A stretch of 20,000 nucleotides of DNA, from the IMG/VR virus record IMGVR_UViG_3300008448_000043. One strand, given 5' to 3'. The DNA is from an uncultured virus (IMG/VR IMGVR_UViG_3300008448_000043) (taxonomy: Duplodnaviria > Heunggongvirae > Uroviricota > Caudoviricetes). Within the stretch, counting starts at the first letter, position 1. Each line of letters begins with the position of its first letter. Below the pieces are notes generated by a model. That model was given only the letters and a program-made list of their open reading frames with translations, did no database searches and was not told the origin of the DNA. Made by a program: the position numbers and the translations under genes. Shown in pieces: positions 18,055 to 20,000 of the stretch.

Positions 18055-18867
18055 ATGCTCAACATCAACCAATTCAAAGCATCGGTTAACAAACACGATT
18101 TACAGCGTCCAAATTTATATTTAGTTGAGTTTGGACGACCTAAGGTATTTGCTGATCAAACTGTTCTTGATGGATATCTAGATTTGTACTGTAGTACAGA
18201 TAGTGGAAGACTTCTTACTCATTTCTGCAAGAATGTTTCCATGCCTTCTTTCTCATTAAACTTAAATGATAACAAAAGGTTTGGGATAGGTCCTAATATT
18301 AAAATGCCGGTTGGCGGTACCTACGGTGATGTTAGTATGACATTCCTTTCCGATAGTGAGCAGATACTTCGTATGTTCTATCAATATTGGATTGGTGCTA
18401 TTTACTCTTTCAGCCATGATAGATTTGTACCGGGCCAGGACAGGTTTCACCAACTAAGATATAAAAGCTCCTACCAAACAGACATAAACATCGTGCTTCT
18501 TAAAGGCAAGAAAGATCAATACGCTAGTAAAAAATTTCTTGGGATAGGTGTTAAAGATTTAGCTCAAGGAGCTATTGCTGCTATCTCCACTGCAACCCAA
18601 ACACCATTTATAGGTTCTCTATTCAGTTCTGCTTTTATCAAAGAATCAAATCTTGAAGAAGCATCAAGGGTTGTTTTAATTGATGCATATCCAAATTCAA
18701 TGAGTGAGATAACTCTATCCAGTGAAGCAAGTAATGTGATTGCTGAATTCACTGTGAATTTCTCTTACCGTGATTGGTATACGACAGCACCTAAGAGTGA
18801 AGAGGGAGAGAGTACATCAGCAGCCACAAGTCTAACAGTGAGAAACAGCTCAAACTTTGGACGTTGA
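18055..18867 (+). CDS. gp54: Tail-tube-fold protein, probably baseplate tail tube initiator gp54-like (270 aa)
   Basis: FK......DLQRPNLYLVEF, C.NVSMP, Y.DVSMTF.SD, LIDAYP.S...ITLS and FTVNFSYR.W match the gp19/gp54 tube-fold pattern; gp54 is preferred over a gp19 paralogue on the N-terminus and size. Confidence 0.7.
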   Translation: MLNINQFKASVNKHDLQRPNLYLVEFGRPKVFADQTVLDGYLDLYCSTDSGRLLTHFCKNVSMPSFSLNLNDNKRFGIGPNIKMPVGGTYGDVSMTFLSDSEQILRMFYQYWIGAIYSFSHDRFVPGQDRFHQLRYKSSYQTDINIVLLKGKKDQYASKKFLGIGVKDLAQGAIAAISTATQTPFIGSLFSSAFIKESNLEEASRVVLIDAYPNSMSEITLSSEASNVIAEFTVNFSYRDWYTTAPKSEEGESTSAATSLTVRNSSNFGR

Positions 18868-18900
18868 ACATTTGAATTATAGTTTACTATTTTATTTTAT

Positions 18901-18907
18901 TAAGGAG
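18901..18907 (+). promoter_or_regulatory. Strong Shine-Dalgarno of gp26
   Basis: TAAGGAG 5 nt upstream of ATG 18913, preceded by a U-rich tract. Confidence 0.85.
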
Positions 18908-18912
18908 TAGTT

Positions 18913-19623
18913 ATGAGTTTGCCTAAATTGATGCATCCAACATTTGAGATGGTAGTACCCTCAACAAAACAAAAAGTCAGATTTCGCCCGTTTCTAGTCA
19001 AAGAGGAAAAGATCCTTCTAATGGCAAAAGAAAGTGATGATAAGGCTGATGTTATTAATGTATTAAAACAAGTTATCTCGAACTGCGATGTGGATGGAGT
19101 AGTTGATACCAACAAACTTGCTTCATTTGATTTGGAGTATCTATTTTTAAGACTGCGTGGTAAATCAGTTAACAATGTTATTGAGCTAAGTTACACGGAC
19201 TTGGAGGATGAAGAGGTCTACAAGTTTGACGTTGATGTTGAAGATATTAAAATCATTGAGGATGAAAAGCATACTAACGTAATTAACATCTCTGAAACAA
19301 GTGGTATTACAATGAGATACCCAACAGCCTCGCTAATGGCTCAGGTTGTTCAAGAAACTGATATAACCAATGTTCTGTTCCATATGATTAGAGGTTGTAT
19401 GGAGAACTACTTTGATGGGGACAACATCAGTGAATTATCCGATATAAAGAAGGAAGAGATGGATGTATTCATTGAGAACCTTCCAGTCAGCGTATTGAAG
19501 CAGTTTGAAGAGTTCTTTAATACAATGCCTAAAATGTATTACAAAATTGAGTATGTTAATAAAAAGGGAACTGAAAGAACTATTGAGCTAAGAACAATTG
19601 AAGATTTTTTTATCTTGGGCTGA
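18913..19623 (+). CDS. gp26: Baseplate hub assembly protein, T4 gp26-like (236 aa)
   Basis: MSLPKL..PTFE..VPST...VRFRPFLVKEEKILLMAKES, FDLEYLFLRLRGKSV, GITMRYPT, FFNTMPK and terminal IEDFF; strong TAAGGAG Shine-Dalgarno. Confidence 0.93.
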   Translation: MSLPKLMHPTFEMVVPSTKQKVRFRPFLVKEEKILLMAKESDDKADVINVLKQVISNCDVDGVVDTNKLASFDLEYLFLRLRGKSVNNVIELSYTDLEDEEVYKFDVDVEDIKIIEDEKHTNVINISETSGITMRYPTASLMAQVVQETDITNVLFHMIRGCMENYFDGDNISELSDIKKEEMDVFIENLPVSVLKQFEEFFNTMPKMYYKIEYVNKKGTERTIELRTIEDFFILG

Positions 19624-19674
19624 GTCATAACACTCTTGAAAATTACTACCAAGTTGTTTTCGCGTTGGCTCAGC
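19605..19674 (+). promoter_or_regulatory. Candidate -1 programmed ribosomal frameshift signal (slippery heptamer, spacer, stem-loop)
   Basis: GAT TTT TTT ATC in the gp26 frame gives heptamer T TTT TTT at 19605-19611; 7-nt spacer ATCTTGG; GCTGAGTCA (19619-19627) pairs with TGGCTCAGC (19666-19674), 9 bp including one G-U. Confidence 0.7.
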
Positions 19675-19793
19675 ACCACCACTACCAAATATCTGAAGTT
19701 GAAAATCTGATACCTTTTGAGAGAGATATTTATATTCAACTGTTAAGAGATTTAATTAAACAACAAGAGGAAGCGTCTAAGAATGGCAGCTGA
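19620..19793 (+). CDS. gp51: gp51-like hub assembly protein ORF in the -1 frame of gp26; no ATG or GTG, probably expressed as a frameshift fusion
   Basis: Manual translation LSHNTLENYYQVVFALAQHHHYQISEVENLIPFERDIYIQLLRDLIKQQEEASKNGS* matches the short gp51 pattern of environmental T4-like phages (SH..L.NYY...F.L.QHH.Y...E.EN.IP.ERDIY..LL). The frame is open from 19602 to TGA 19791-19793. Not in the ORF track. Confidence 0.85.
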   Translation: MSHNTLENYYQVVFALAQHHHYQISEVENLIPFERDIYIQLLRDLIKQQEEASKNGS

Positions 19794-20000
19794 AGAAAAA
19801 GCTAATGTATCTTACATTGAGCAACTAAGAGAGATGCGCGCGGCGCGCATACAACAATTGCGTCAGGGTAATGAGCAGAAGCAACAGTTCTCATTGATGA
19901 CAAGAACGTTGAACTCCGTTGTAGCAGCTACAAATACCCAGACAAGAGTTGCTACTCAAAACCTAAGAGAGCAGCAAGCTGTTGTCAGACAAACAAGAGA
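19783..20000 (+). CDS. 5' part of an alpha-helical protein, tape-measure (gp29-like) candidate; runs off window
   Basis: ATG at 19783 overlaps the gp51 end, with GAGG at 19767-19770; open to the window end: MAAEEKANVSYIEQLREMRAARIQQLRQGNEQKQQFSLMTRTLNSVVAATNTQTRVATQNLREQQAVVRQTR (Q/R/A/E-rich, no Pro). The CDS is well supported; the product is inferred from position and composition only. Confidence 0.6.
   Translation, partial: MAAEEKANVSYIEQLREMRAARIQQLRQGNEQKQQFSLMTRTLNSVVAATNTQTRVATQNLREQQAVVRQTR
19834..19850. repeat. Perfect GC-rich inverted repeat ATGCGCGC-G-GCGCGCAT
   Basis: 8-bp arms around a 1-nt centre, read directly from the sequence. Confidence 0.9.

Noticed and set aside
18864..18900. 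Possible sigma70 promoter or terminator in the gp54-gp26 spacer (TTGAAC/TACTAT; ATAGT-TT-ACTAT followed by Ts)
   Set aside because: The -35/-10 spacing is only 15 nt and the hairpin is short and AT-rich; a U-rich translational enhancer is an adequate explanation.
19727..19734. Perfect TATAAATA on the minus strand inside gp51
   Set aside because: It points antisense to gp26, gp54, gp2 and gp4 with no nearby minus-strand gene, arises from the conserved DIYI codons, and an AT-only 8-mer is expected by chance in this composition.
994..19739. Short opposite-strand or alternative-frame ORFs in the track (e.g. 994-1191, 7053-7265, 8676-8930, 9209-9529, 10031-10339, 13187-13498, 13782-14090, 17241-17483, 18900-19175, 19539-19739)
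   Set aside because: All lie within or largely overlap well-supported structural genes, and none shows a recognisable motif; they are shadow ORFs.
1..20000. Stop-codon reassignment, CRISPR arrays, tRNAs or DGR-type repeats
   Set aside because: Genes are full length in the standard code and TAA, TGA and TAG all serve as stops. Intergenic gaps are under about 50 nt, and no nucleotide-level repeat arrays were seen by eye.

Overview
Virion-morphogenesis (baseplate/tail) region of a large, AT-rich T4-like myovirus, with a gene order like that of environmental T4-like phages. It uses the standard genetic code and is almost fully coding. Two blocks diverge from a 9-bp junction at 17070-17078. The minus strand reads gp48 - gp53 - gp27/gpD-like hub - short gp5 spike - 69-aa ORF - PAAR (gp5.4) - gp25 - gp6 - gp7 - gp8 - a DUF4815/VrlC-like protein of at least 1831 aa that runs off the left edge (absent from the ORF track). 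The plus strand reads gp4 - gp2 - gp54-like - gp26 - a gp51-like ORF without ATG/GTG - a helical ORF (tape-measure candidate) that runs off the right edge. The best signal is a candidate programmed -1 ribosomal frameshift at the gp26/gp51 junction: an in-phase T TTT TTT heptamer, a 7-nt spacer and a 9-bp stem. It would give a 236-aa gp26 plus a 293-aa gp26-gp51 fusion directly upstream of the tape-measure candidate, resembling the lambda G/GT tail-chaperone arrangement. Other observations are nested repeated beta modules shared by four baseplate proteins, dense N-x-S/T and (A/S/G)-N motifs in those modules, and a GC palindrome covering an internal Met codon. All family assignments come from motif recognition and synteny; no database search was run.
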